Assembly: GCA_964252035.1 (NCBI GenBank)
Contig: OZ176203.1
Reading direction: 5' to 3' (one strand)
Source of the DNA: Podarcis erhardii
Lineage: Eukaryota
DNA length: 64,000 bases
This document shows positions 36,423 through 49,139 of this stretch, piece after piece; within the stretch, counting starts at the first letter, position 1, and each line of letters starts with the position of its first letter. A program made the translations under genes and the position numbers. Below the pieces are notes generated by a model that was not told the origin of the DNA, searched no databases, and worked only from the letters and a program-made list of their open reading frames with translations.

Positions 36423-36990
36423 TGTTATGCCTATCGGGTGGTTGCTTGAGAGCGATCAGGCAAGATCCCTCACTGGTCTTTTCAAAAGCTTTATTATTGT
36501 TGCAAAAACCTTTACAATGCAGAACGCCTCTATTCCATGTCTTGCTCACTCACTAGCAGAATCTGAGAGTGGGCGGTCCTTAAACTTTCCCCAGCAGAGT
36601 AGTTTCTTGACCCCCAGCCGACGCCTCCCCTCTCTGCGCGAAAGCCTTCTGAAGAAGAAGAAGAAGAGTTTGGACTTGATATCCCGCCTTTCACTCCCTT
36701 TAAGGAGTCTCAAAGCGGCTAACATTCTCCTTTCCCTTCCTCCCCCACAACAAACACTCTGTGAGGTGAGTGGGGCTGAGAGACTTCAGAGAAGTGTGAC
36801 TGGCCCAAGGTCACCCAGCAGTTGCATGTGGAGGAGCGGAGACGCGAACCCGGTTCCCCAGATTACGAGACTACCGCTCTTAACCACTACACCACACTGG
36901 CTCTTCTGTGCAAGGAAGGCTTGGGTAAAGGGGGACCTCCCTCCTCCCCGCTTTGCTCAGGCAAGGTGAGCCGATGGCAGTTCCCTGACA
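36423..36990 (-). mobile_element. Solo LTR with ~140-bp internal deletion and nested SINE
   Basis: On the minus strand TGTCAGGG...CATAACA; 5-bp TSD ACCCC/ACCAC; TATA-like TTTAAGG and AATAAA in LTR-sense orientation. Confidence 0.72.
36651..36903 (-). mobile_element. tRNA/CORE (MIR-related, Squam3-like) SINE nested in a solo LTR
   Basis: A-box TGGTGTAGTGG, B-box GGTTCGCGTCTCC, core gctgggtgaccttgggccagtcac, (TTC)n tail; about 90% similar by eye to the copy at 54600. Confidence 0.72.
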
Positions 36991-37277
36991 ACCACTTTAG
37001 CTAATGGGGCCTCCTGCTGCCGCCACGCCGCTAGAACATGATTTCTGTTCTCATCCTGAAGCAAAGTTCTTAACCTGAAGCACTATTTCTGGGTTAGCGG
37101 AGTCTATAACCTGACGCGTATGTAACCTGAAGCATATGTAACCCGAGATACCACTGTACCATAACAAATCTTTGAGGCTTTCTATTGCTTTCTGTTAGTG
37201 CAGAGTAATAGTCTTTACTTCCAAATCTGGTATAAGTATTATCAGTTTATCATCAAAAAGGAAGATGTCGCTGCTAA

Positions 37278-37637
37278 AAGTAAAGGTATTCCCTGACCGT
37301 TAGGTCCAATCGCGGACGACTCTGGGATTGCGGTGCTCATCTCGCCCTGTAGGCTGAGGGAGCCAGTGTTTGTCCGCAGACAGCTTCCGGGTCATGTGGC
37401 CAGCATGACTAAGCCGCTTCTGGCGAACCAGAGCAGCGCATGGAAACACCGTTTACCTTCCCGCCAGAGCACTACCTATTTATCTACTTGCACTTTGACA
37501 TGTTTTTGAACTGCTAGGTTGGCAGGAGCTAGGACTGAACAACAGGAGCTCACCCCGTCGCAGGGATTCGAACCGCCGACCTTCTGATTGGCAAGTCCTA
37601 GGCTCTGTGGTTTAGACCACAGTGCCACCCGTGTCCC
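37278..37637 (-). mobile_element. Sauria SINE, full length
   Basis: Reverse-complement copy; imperfect TSD GATGTCGCTGCTA / GATTTCGCTGCTA. Confidence 0.85.
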
Positions 37638-37823
37638 AGATTTCGCTGCTACTACTACACAAAACATGTCAGTGCTCTCTTTGAACCTACTGCACTTTAC
37701 AGCACATTGGCAAAAAAAATTACAAGGGTTCTGCTGTTTTACATTCCTGATGCAGCACTTATCAGCCCTCCCAACCCCCCAAGTTGTGGCCTTCTGAGAA
37801 ACAGAAATAGAAAATTCAGTATA

Positions 37824-38066
37824 CAGTCAAACCTCGGAACTTGAATGGCTCTGCCCTCGAACGTTTTGCTCCCAAACGCCAAAAACCCGGAAGTAAGTGC
37901 TCCGGTTTTCAAATGTTCCTCAGAAGTCGAACGGTTTCCAAGGCACATTTTTCATCCCCCCCGCCCCCTGACTTTGCAGCCAGCCCGGTGATCCTCGGTT
38001 TTTGAACATTTTGGAAGCTGAACAGTCTTCCAGAACGGATTACGTTCAAAAACTGAGGTTCCACTG
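37824..38066. mobile_element. MITE family D
   Basis: TIR CAGTCAAACCTCGG / CAGTGGAACCTCAG, TA TSD. Confidence 0.72.
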
Positions 38067-38119
38067 TACTTAATATGTAGAGTTTATACTCCAAGCTGTT
38101 TTTGAATTGAATAAAAGTA

Positions 38120-38345
38120 CAGTGGTATCTCAGGTTAAGAACTTAATTCATTCTGTAGGTGTGTTCTTAACCTGAAACTGTTCTTAACCTGAGGTACCAC
38201 TTTAGCTAATGGGGCCTCTCACTGCCGCCACACTGCCGAAGCATGATTTCTGTTCTTATCCTGAAGCAAAGTTCTTAACCCGAGGTACTATTTCTGGGTT
38301 AGCGGATTCTGTAACCTGAAGCGTCTGTAACCCGAGGTACTACTG
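38120..38345. mobile_element. MITE family A
   Basis: TIRs and TA TSD. Confidence 0.85.
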
Positions 38346-39219
38346 TACTTACAAACTTACACAAAATAAGGCACATGCTATCAATTTTATGTGTCTAAAG
38401 TCACACACACATACACACAAATAAAGAAAGACAGCTTTTCAAGAAACTTTGAATGGACTTTTTGATGAAATTTGATTTCCATTTTAAAAGTGGCCATGTT
38501 CATGAAAACATGTTCCTCTTTTTCATATATGTTAGCAGCCATTATCCATCACCTGCTGCCGCCTGGGCTTCCTCCTCTCTCTTTTTTCCAACTCAAAATA
38601 ATTTATTCAATGACCCCAATTTATTCAGTGCAGGATCCCAGCCAACTGGGTGCTGTATAATAAAAGTTATGGCAACAAAGTGACATGCAGCCAATAAAAT
38701 GTGGCTGTGCGAGGGTATCACTGAGGGCAAACAAAGCATTCCCATTGCTTCACTCTTAATAGCAAGAGGAAAGCAAACACCCCCCCCCAGTGCCCAGATG
38801 ACCAAGCTAACACTTATTATCTTACAATACAAGGTTTTCCCCTCAAAACAATTTCAGTTGTAAGTAGCAAAGTTTATTGCTCATTGGCCAATCAGGCCTC
38901 GTGTACATACATACATACAAACATACATACTAGTATATATAGCTCATGATCAAGAAAGGAACATCAGAACAAGTATCTGAGATGGTGTGCTAGTTATAAA
39001 CTTTCCCTCACAAAATATTAATATATATAATCTTAACACGTTTCAGTTTTGTGTAGGTATGCATGATCAGTTAGTAGAGTGTGGATCAGGATGTTAAGAA
39101 GTAACGAATAAAAGAAATGCATTTCCTTATAAGACTTAAAACTAACTAACAACATCCCTTAAAATCATATTTAAGGTACCCAGAGTTCAGCAAACCCCTT
39201 AACAAGCTGCGGTACTTAC

Positions 39220-39326
39220 AATCCCGACGGCAAACTATTGATGGTGAGGCCAAAAGAATATTCAACAGCTTCTACAAGGAGAAGATCAAACAATACTGAC
39301 AGCATCCAGGAGCCCAGCAAAAATGA
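39220..39326 (-). CDS. UBAC2: UBAC2 coding exon 4 (107 nt)
   Basis: Not in the ORF track; read by hand. Acceptor ttcctctttttcAG; SFLLGSWMLSVLFDLLLVEAVEYSFGLTINSLPSG plus 2 nt; donor GTAAGT. Intron 3 is 318 bp. No exon 5 found downstream within the window. Confidence 0.92.
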
Positions 39327-39644
39327 CTGAAAAAGAGGAACACAAATGCTCAGAATCACAAACTTAATACATCTTCCCACAGGCTTGAGATGCACACTGT
39401 CTTTAAAAGACTTTTCTAAGGTCTAAAGATGATTTTTAGTTTTCTGGATTTTAGACAGAAGAGAAGAAAGTGGCAAAAGAGAACATAATCCAGATAGCAA
39501 ATACCTCAGCTCCCAACTTTGGTCTACCCAAACACAGTGATACAATTCCCAGCAGCCTTAACACATTTTGCATTTTGCCGACAGGGAGGAAGATACAAAG
39601 CCTGAAGGTGTAAAAACGTGAGAGGAAACAGAACTGGAACTTAC

Positions 39645-39764
39645 AGAAAATTTTCTGCTGCCATATCTTCTTTCAAATATCCTGAAGTTGTAGATGAGCA
39701 AGCTGCTACAGAATGTGTCTTTGAGATCAAGACATACTGTTCTCCCACATACAAGTCTCCAAAC
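39645..39764 (-). CDS. UBAC2: UBAC2 coding exon 3 (120 nt)
   Basis: Acceptor tactttcAG; VWRLVCGRTVCLDLKDTFCSSLLIYNFRIFERRYGSRKFS (rhomboid-like domain); donor GTAAGT. Confidence 0.95.
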
Positions 39765-40179
39765 CTGAAAGTAGCAGAAAACACATGAATATGCATGAAT
39801 ATGTCTCAAATGCCAATTGCTCTTTCGGTAAGATAATTTAAAAGAACAAGTTGCTTATATGAACACGTTTTCAACCTTCGTCTTATAAACTGCATGTCAA
39901 CTCAAGTCACACTAGATACAATTCCAGTGCACGTACCTAATGTAGCTTGCTCTGTACTTTGAGAACCAATGGTCCATAGCACTATAAAGCCATAATACGT
40001 ACAAGGCCATAAAATGTTAATAGAGAGCAAAAGAAAACCTTCTAGCAAGGACACTGCTATTGCTGGAACAAGTTATTATCCTGGATCCCCTTTTAAAGAC
40101 AAACCACAAAAGGAAATAAATGACTGTGTCCGCACTCTGTACCCACAGGGGTTTGCTACAGATATTTCTATCCATAGAA

Positions 40180-40626
40180 CACTGGTCCTGAAAGATCTTC
40201 ATTGGCTCCCAGTACGTTTCCGAGCACAATTCAAAGTATTGGTGCTGACCTTTAAAGCCCTAAACGGCCTTGGTCCAGTATACCTGAAGGAGCGTCTCCA
40301 CCCCCATCATTCAGCCCGGACACTGAGGTCCAGCTCCGAGGGCCTTCTGGCGGTTCCCTCGCTGTCAGAAGTGAGGTTACAGGGAACTAGGCAGAGGGCC
40401 TTCTTGGTAGTGGCGCCTGCCCTGTGGAACGTCCTCCCAGCAGATGTCAAGGCAATAAACAACTATTTTACTTTTAAAAGACAACTGAAGGCGGCCCTGT
40501 TTAGGGAAGTTTTTAATGTTTGACGCTGTATTGTTTTTAATATTCAGTTGGAAGCCGCCCAGAGTGGCTGGGGAAACCCAGCCAGATGGGTGGGGTATAA
40601 AGAATTATTATTATTATTATTATTAC
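40180..40626 (+). mobile_element. L2-clade LINE 3' fragment
   Basis: LKDLHWLPVRFRAQFKVLVLTFKALNGLGPVYLKERLHP..FKRQLKAALFREVFNV stop, 3' UTR, (ATT)n tail. Confidence 0.85.
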
Positions 40627-42620
40627 ATCATCATCAACTTTTTTTCTTGTTCCAACAAGATTAAACATCATATACCCATTTCAGATTACGGTCCACATGA
40701 AACGGTACAGCTGCAAGGCTGTGTCTTGTGGTTCTGCAGGGGGTGGGGATTAGCGTCTTATTTAAAGAGTAAAAATGTCATGCTGGTAGAAAAACACTTC
40801 CCTCCACCTGCATGGAGCTCATCTATCTGCATTCTTCTCCCCAAACATTACTTTCCTTTCTCCAGACTCAGATACTAGGATGCATACTGACAATGGCCTG
40901 GTTAGCATATCATGGAAAGCCAAGCACTGGCTTACTGGGAGCATGCAAATGTAGCTCAGCCGAAGTTTGTAGCTAAGAAGGAGAGAGCTTAACCATAATC
41001 TTGTGTTCAGATGGCACATTAAGACAAACCTTGGTTTAGCTGTCCTGCCATAATAGGAGAGGAGAAAAGTGGCTGTAATTCCTCTCTGGAAGCAAGCATT
41101 TTCATCCTAAACCATGGTTTGGTGTTATGTAAGAATGTGGACGGTAGAAGACTGTGCATGCCCACATGTACCAACAGGATTTTCTGGGCTGAATATGCTG
41201 TAAATTGCATTCTTCACCCCATTCATTTTAAAAAGGGCAATTTCCATCAAATTTGTATGCATTGTGTGCCATGTGCAAATATGTATCCTCTTTCAAAGGT
41301 GTGATGGAGAGCCCCAAAATAAATCAGGCTCACACACAAGCAAAAAGATGCCCAGCAGGCAGAAGTCAATGGGTGAATTTTCCTATAAATTATTTCTATA
41401 GTAGGAAACCCCTCACCTGTTGAATTTCTACTTGCCACACAGCTGTTAAAAGTACAAGAATCCTCTTTTACTCAGGGACAATCCTAAACCATGCAAAGAA
41501 TTCAAGTTTCATGAGCTGTAAACCAATCATCTTAATACAGGTCTTTTGTCAAATTGATTTAGACTGGCAATAATACAGTGAGTGCAAAATCAGGCATGGC
41601 ATTTCAAATTTAGGGTGTGTGTCAAAAGATATTTTTGATTTATAGTGATCAGGTTTCAGATACTCATGATTGGAGTATTTTTTTAAAAAAGCAAGCAGTG
41701 TATTCCAATAACATTTATTGTGGTTACTCAGTCGTTGATCATGCCTCCCAATAATAGCAATGCTATCAGCACAGAACAAACAGCCATCATTTCCTCTCCC
41801 TCTTTCTCTTTGAGCAAAAAGGATCTGAGATTTTGACATTCAAGTGTTCCAGCAGCAACAATCCGCCCCCAATAACACTCTCTTTTCCCCTCGCGGGTGA
41901 GAGAGCAATTAATCACCTCCCACATTGTTGCTGCGGTCAACAGTCCCCATAACTGCGTTTTCAGAAAAATATAAATGAGAAGCAGAGATATGCATACATA
42001 CATGATCAGCATGTATGCACCCACCCAAGTAAGTCAGAGCAACTGGAGTTCTCAGCGGCTGGGCTCTAGTACTTTACCTCCTGTATCACCACAACTCAGT
42101 TTTTATAGCAAGCCCGGCAGACTGTGTTCAGTGTTTTGAGGCTGCACTCACTTTGCCTTGATACTAGCCAGTATCCCTACAGGAGGCCAAAGCTTCCTCT
42201 GGAACGCATGCTTGGGGCAACATGGGGATTCCCTCCACCCCAGTGACACAATCCCCCAGCAACAAAGCTATTGCTCTGTCTCTAATTTAATATGACCTTT
42301 GGAGCTTTAAACTGAGACTTACAGGACTGGATTGACATCACTGAAGGAAGAACAATTACGCGAGAATGCACTTAACTCATGGATGAATGAAATGGGCAGA
42401 GCAAAAAGCCTTTCCCCCAGTGTGGGTCCTCTGTTGCAGCTGCTGCTAACTTCCTACATTTGACATGAGAGACTTGCTTTCCTATTAGTTATGTTTCCCA
42501 AGGGTTGTGTGTTAAGATTCCATTTGGCTTAGAATCCATATATGTATTAAGATCCAGGTTGCAGAATTTCTGACCTTTAAAGTTATACAGATGCATTCTT
42601 ACAAATGACTTACTGCTTAC

Positions 42621-42748
42621 CTGAAATTCCTCTTTTACTGCTTGCAGATTGTATGTGAAGAACTTCTGATAATGTTGAAAGAGCAGAGCCAACAGAAGTG
42701 AGAGAGAGCTCGGTATTATTAAGAGGCCTTTCGACAGAGGTGCTTTAT
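42621..42748 (-). CDS. UBAC2: UBAC2 coding exon 2 (128 nt)
   Basis: Acceptor ttttgttttaaAG; with the phase-1 T from exon 1 it reads YKAPLSKGLLIIPSSLSLLLALLFQHYQKFFTYNLQAVKEEFQ; donor GTAAGC. Confidence 0.95.
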
Positions 42749-43331
42749 CTTTAAAACAAAACAAAAATAGATCATAAAACGTTCCAGTTACAATAATATT
42801 TCTGAAAACAGATTAAAGAACAAAGATGCTTCCCAATCCAAATTAAATGATATTAATTCCCATTACTTATAAAACTGATTTATGATTCAAATGAAACAGA
42901 ATCACCTTATTTCATCCAAGTTCGGTCCAAGACCGTAATACTCATCTTCAATCTTTTCCCCACTTTGAGTCTGTAGGAATGTGACTCTCTTATGAAAACT
43001 TATGTGAACAAACCAACTAAACAGAAACATACGCAGTAATTTTATTTTATTGATTTCTTAGAATCACAGAATCATAGAACTGTAGAGTTGGAAGGGGTCC
43101 CAAGGGTCATTTAGTCCAACCCCCTACAATGCAGGAACCTCAACTAAAGCATCCCTGACAGATGGCCACCCAACCTCTGCTTAAAAACTCCCAATGAAGG
43201 AGAGTCAACCACCTCCCAAGGAAGCCCGTTCCACTGTCTAACAGCTCTTACTTATTTCATGAGCATGCTATTCTTTATTCATATTATAGCATTTGTACAG
43301 GCTCTTCGGCCAAAAGGACTACCAGAGCAGC

Positions 43332-43702
43332 GTAAAGGTAAAGGTAAAGGTAAAGGTAAAGGGACCCCTGACCATTAGGTCCAGTTGTGACCGACACTAG
43401 GGTTGCGGCGCTCATCTCGCTTTATTGGCCGAGGGAGCTGGCGTACAGCTTCCGGGTCATGTGGCCAGCATGACTAAGCCGCTTCTGGCGAACCAGAGCA
43501 GCGCATGGAAACGCCGTTTACCTTTCTGCCGGAGCGGTACCTATTTATCTACTTGCCCTTTGACGTGCTTTCGAACTGCTAGGTTGGCAGGAGCTGGGAC
43601 CGAACAACGGGAGCTCACCCCGTCGCAGGTATTCGAACTGCCGACCTTCTGATCGGCAAGTCCTAGGCTCTGTGGTTTAACCCCCAGCGCCACCCGCGTC
43701 CC
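43332..43702 (-). mobile_element. Sauria SINE, full length
   Basis: (GGTAAA)n tail; TSD AGAGCAGC. Confidence 0.88.
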
Positions 43703-44769
43703 TACAAGAGCAGCTTACATACAATCAAAGTACATACAATAGAGCATAGCAGATGGTTGTGGGGCAGGCAATATGAAGAAGCAGGCTGCCACCATGGAGT
43801 GTGTTAATGCACACTCATTTACCTACATGTGCATTAGATCCAGGATTGCCAATGTGGTACCCATGGGAACAGCAGTGCGCTTCCTTGAGGTCTTCCCCTG
43901 GTGCCCAAGAGCCTCTGAGCACCCTCGCTTCTTGCTCGTTGCCCCCTTTGTGATCAGATAGTGAGAGTGCTTACCTCCACACTCCCTCCCCGCCAAAAAA
44001 ATATATGTACAGCTGATGGAAGAAGTTGGAAGAGAAATGCTCTTTCCTACTTCTTCTTTCATTTCTAGGTGCTTTCCAAGGCTCCAAACAACTAAAGAGA
44101 AAGTGACTGAAAGGGTAGGAGGGAAAGGGGAATGATATGGGAGATGGGAGCAGAGAAATGGTGCACCTGGGGGAGAAAATGTTGGGCCACAGGAGTTGGG
44201 GGGAATGGGGTGCCAGAGAAGGTGCGCATGTGCACACGCACACACACAAAAAAAATACAGTAAACTGGACCCTTTTAAAATTGCAGAGTTTTCTCTCATC
44301 CTGCCCCCTCACCGCTATCACATCACAGACTACATCTGTCTTCACTGACCGAAGACATAAAAATCAAAGCTCTAGTGCATTCCAACAATACCATGACACA
44401 AAAACATATGTATGTATCCTTGTGTATCTGTCTCATAATTTTATTTCACAAGGTATTCCATCAAAACCACCACCAAATCATAGGTCATCTCCATGTCCAC
44501 AGATGCATTCTGTGATTTGTTAGCAGCTTGTTGTAATCCAATGTAAAAATTGTGACTATGACCTGGATCAATGTGTTTGTGGTGCTGGTGGCGCCAGATC
44601 TGTTATTTTGATTGAGAGGATCACGAATATAAGCTTTAATTTGATTGAGTTTATCTTTGTTTTTAATGGTGGCTTTATGTATGTTTGTTTTTAATTTGTT
44701 TGTGGATTGGGGTGGATGGGGTGCTGGGGGGGGATAGTACCTCTGGTGGGGGACACATTGTGCTCCTTC

Positions 44770-45370
44770 TGGGGTCGTTTGTACAACTTTGGTCCCTACC
44801 CTGCACTCAGCTCTCACCAGTGGCTGCTAAAAGTTGTCAGCATGCGACAGCAGCCACACCCTGGAAAACAGTTTCAACTGACTGGATAAACCAGGTGAAG
44901 GTTGCTGATGGGTCTCAAACCCTCAGTGAGTTAGGGACTTCCCCTGCATATGAAGACAGACTCTGGCACATTGACAAGACCAATATTGGGTCCAATGGTC
45001 CAGAGGACGGTTTCTGCACATGCTGTAGAGAGAAACGATGGGCAGGTGGGGCTTGTCAACTTGAGAAGGAAAACTAGGAGAAGGAAAACTCTGATCATAA
45101 ACCTTCGCTGCCTTGTGTCGGGAGAAGAAAAGGCTAAAGATTAAACCCTACACAAATGCAGAGTGGATTCCATAAGGTGGTTGGACAGAGGCTTGTAAGT
45201 TCCTTCTGGCAACTCCTGTAAGCAAGCTGCTGCCAAACATATTTCTCTGCTTTCTTTTGGGCCATATCAGCAAGGCCACGAGGAGACTTGTGTTATCCGG
45301 GCAGCACAGGACCTCCATACACACTGATCAGGCTTGCGCCCCAAGATCTCATTATACAGACTCAGACCCT
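44770..45370 (+). mobile_element. Probable decayed 5' region of an RTE-clade LINE
   Basis: Motifs gctctcacc..tggct..cagcatgcgacagc.gccacacc and ctaggagaaggaaaactctgat.ataaacct.cgctgcctt recalled from RTE 5' UTR consensus; no ORF. Confidence 0.4.
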
Positions 45371-46789
45371 GCAGTATACAGTATATAGATGCAAACCTTT
45401 CACCCGTACTTGGTCATCTATGTTTCTTTTAGACATCTAAAACTTTAGCATACAGGAAGTGAGTATTTGGCTATTTTTACTTTTATCACAAGGTAGAGTA
45501 GCCACAGCTGTAACCAACACCTAAACGTGACAGTTACAGTACAGCTGTCTGTTCAATCATCAGATGTCTTTGCAAGCAAAATGTCGTCAGGAAAATGTTT
45601 TAAAATAAGAATGCATGTCAGTTTTAAAGGTATAATAAAGTTGTGTGGCGCTATGAAATTGTTCGGTAGATCAGTATAAAACCTTTACTTATCAGCAGCA
45701 AAAATACTACTGCTAAAAGTGCCTGTTCACATTACCTGGATTTAAAAAATATTCAAATTGCCTAATAAGTTTATAAAATCCTGAACTCATTTATAGCAAC
45801 AATGATTTGGCATTAGGAGTCCACAACTCAAGAAAAGCAAGCATTCAAGTATTCTTAAAAAGGACCTTCCTAAGAATACTAGGGGTCAATGAAGATTTTT
45901 TGACAGCATAAATTGTCAGCTCATTCTCCCTTCACTACCAAAAATATTTTTGGGAGAGGGAGAAATTAGTCCTCAAAGCCCAAAAATTCACATTATAATC
46001 ACATTATAAGCATCAGGCAGGAGGCATGGTTGCCATGAAACTAACTGGCGACCTAATTTAGTGTCTCCTATACCCTCAGAGCATTTTTAAAGCCAAATGA
46101 CTGTAAAATTTTCTTTAATAAAGCATCAGGTAGACACCCCCCCGAAGGCCCTGGTTTTGGTCACTCAATATATTTTGGTTACAAGTCCCATCAGCCCCAG
46201 CCAGCATGACTAATGGTCAAGGATGATAGGTATTGTAGTCCAACAACATCTGGCTAACCTTGATTTAAGGCATCTGTCTATTTCAATTCCTTCAGAAAAA
46301 CTGGTTAAATTAAGAGATACTGCAAGTACTGTGACACATATGATACACTTAAAAAAAAAGTTCAAAGATTGGTCTTGCCTGCCATCTATCTGTTAATGGA
46401 TATATTTATTTTGAAGTCTGAAGTTTTCTGCATGCTGAACAAAATGCGGGAATTAAAACAAAGGCTGTAATCTTGAAAACACCTGTATGCACTGCCTTGT
46501 TCACCTACTTCCCCTCTAGCAACTCACTGCATTCCTATGCTAGGTGGGGAAGAGGGGGCTTGCCTCCTCCAATAGCCCTCTTTCTATGTTGGGTACAGAA
46601 GAGAAACAGAGAACTCCACCTCTACTAGACTGAAAGAGTTCAGCACTCCACGCTTCACTTGAATGAAAAGGATTAAAGGGGGGGATCCTAATTTGAACAA
46701 ACAGCAACCATTTTAAATCTACTTTCTAATCAGAATCTTCTTTTTAAAACAACAAACAATATTGAGTATATGGCACTCTTTCCAAATTA

Positions 46790-46975
46790 TCTAAACAAGG
46801 GGTGGGGAAACTGTGGCCCTCCACATAATATTGCAATGCAACTCAACATAATATTGCACAGCTATTGGCCAAGCTGGCTCATCATAATATTTCATGACTA
46901 TTGGCCAGGTTGGCTGGGGTTATGGGAGCTAGAGTTCAACAATATCACGAAGCCCATAGCTCCCCACACGATTTA
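46790..46975. mobile_element. Short palindromic lizard MITE (diverged copies also at ~15700-15830, ~29530-29640, ~46150-46260, ~60550-60620)
   Basis: ggggaaactgtggccctcca..ggactacaa.tcccatca..gatgggagttg.agtccaacaa-type body. Confidence 0.5.
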
Positions 46976-47527
46976 AACTCAGGGGTTCAGAGACTGGACA
47001 ATAACTGCTCTGGAACAATACTTGGTCTTGCTCTAACTAGTTGATGCAGTCTCGACCACAGGCGCTATTTAACGTGCATTATCTGTGTATCCTACTGGTA
47101 AAGGGGTGGAATTTGAACTCATGCAACAGGAGGCAGAGGAGAATGTTAAGGGAAAGTTCGTGTTAAGGTTTAATACTCTTCCCACATTCTTACAAGCCAT
47201 CCGGTCACTGGGTAAAACTCCAACTTAACTATATTAAGTTGGCCAACACAGCTCATTCTTACATAGTCCAGACTCCAGTTGTGCCATAACCACAACGGAA
47301 GAACAAAAATGTGTATCTCAACTAGCTGAGTGCTGCTAGAAACAGCCGTCCTGGATAAGACCAAAGCTTCCTTTTAATCTAGCATGCTGTTTTCGACAGC
47401 AGCTGGCCAGATGCCTATGAGAAGTCCACAGACAGGACATGAGGGCAACAGCCATTTCTCACTGTTGTTCCTCAGCAGATGATATCCAGGGGCACATTGC
47501 TTCTGATCCTGGAAGTACGGTAGTATA

Positions 47528-47753
47528 CAGTGGTACCTCTGGTTAAGTACTTAATTCGTTCCAGAGGTCCGTACTTAACCTGAAACTGTTCTTAACCTGA
47601 AGCACCACTTTAGCTAATGGGGCCTGCTGCTGCTGCCGCGCCCCCGGAGCACAATTTCTGTTCTCATCCTGAAGCAAAGTTGTTAACCTGAAGCACTATT
47701 TCTGGGTTAGCGTAGTCTGTAACCTGAAGCGTATGTAACCTGAGGTACCACTG
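47528..47753. mobile_element. MITE family A, inserted in a CR1 remnant
   Basis: TIRs and TA TSD. Confidence 0.85.
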
Positions 47754-48373
47754 TACACTTATCATGACCAGCAGCTATTGATAGCATTATCCAATCTCAC
47801 TTTAAAGGCATCTAAATTGTTGGCCATCACGTCTTGTTGAAGTGAATTCTACAGTTTCACTCTGCTCTGTCGTTTACATGCAGTCAGATATATAAAACAC
47901 ACAGATTTACAACGTATTATTAACATGAACACATGGTGGGAAACAATTTCCCTGCTAAGGCCATTGTAAGTCAAGGGTGAGGAGGGAGTGCACTGTGATG
48001 GTTATATTATTGCAACACAATCTTAACCCTGTCTATTCAAAAGTTTAGTGCTAGAGGTTTCAGGATTGCAGCTTTAGGTGCAGGAAGGTTCAGGTTCAAT
48101 TGCCTGAACAATGACACTGACTGAATGACTTCAGACCAATCTCTGTGTCCCAGCCTAACCTATTGCACAGGACTGCTGTTGAAGGTAAGACGGAAGAAAC
48201 CATGAGCGTTGCCTTGGAGGAAATGTGGAATAACACACTGTTTTACCCCTGGCTTTTAACACTTGAAGTGTATGTATTTAGGACCCACCTCGTATTTATT
48301 TTTATAGCCGTTGTAAGTTGTTAATTGTTATTAATGCTGTAACCTGCCCTGGGACCTTATGTTGAAACGTGGG

Positions 48374-48404
<31 letters not shown>

Positions 48405-49058
48405 GTGTTGCTGCCACCCTGTGCACACTTATTTGGAAGTATGTCTCTCTGAACTTTGCTTAATTAGGGAATCTATGACCTTTTAAACTGTGGGGAGTTA
48501 TTGTTTTCATTTGTTACTATGTTATATATTTTTGTGTTTTGTTTTGTGTGTTTTTTGATACTTAAACCTCCCTGTGTTTCTCGAATGAAGGCCTTTTAAT
48601 AAATAAAATAAATAATAGTAAAATGCTCATTCCAGAGGGTTAAGCCCGTTGCAGCAAAAACCAAAGAGTTGCATCTTTCAACGACAAGATCTTTCTTTTA
48701 GAACCTTGAGAAGACATGTGAAGGCAGCCCTGTATCGGGAAGTTTTTTTATGTTTGACGGTGTTATGTGTGTTGGAAATCCAGCCCAATGGGCAGGGTAT
48801 AAATAATAAAAGTATATCATCATTGCTCTTTCCCCCAGTGGATACTCAAGGGTATGCAGTACCGGCACCTCTTTTTGTTGTTGTTAAAAAGTGTGACACT
48901 TTTTTGATTAAAAATTGTGACACTTACTGTAACAACTTCATGGTGAGTACAGGCCCCTCTTTCTTTGGTTAAAAATTGTGACACCTTTTTGGTTAAAAAT
49001 TGTCACACTTACTATAACAACTTCATGGTGCACCTATTTTTCTAGAAAAAAGTTCTTC

Positions 49059-49107
<49 letters not shown>
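49059..49107. repeat. (ATT)n microsatellite
   Basis: About 16 ATT units directly visible next to the CpG island. Confidence 0.9.
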
Positions 49108-49139
49108 TCTGCAATGCGAACTTGGGACTCAGATAACCC

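Larger units (their letters stand above)
36342..37156. mobile_element. MITE family A interrupted by a solo LTR
   Basis: Parts 36342-36422 and 36991-37156 rejoin into a standard family A copy; TA TSD. Confidence 0.85.

Noticed and set aside
40014-40523. 169-aa ORF
   Set aside because: Chance upstream frame fused to an L2 ORF2 C-terminus.
48880-49030. ~90-bp tandem duplication; also small ones at ~5491-5515, ~8531-8578 and ~22512-22570
   Set aside because: Two-unit local slippage duplications with no spacer structure; not CRISPR-like or functional arrays.
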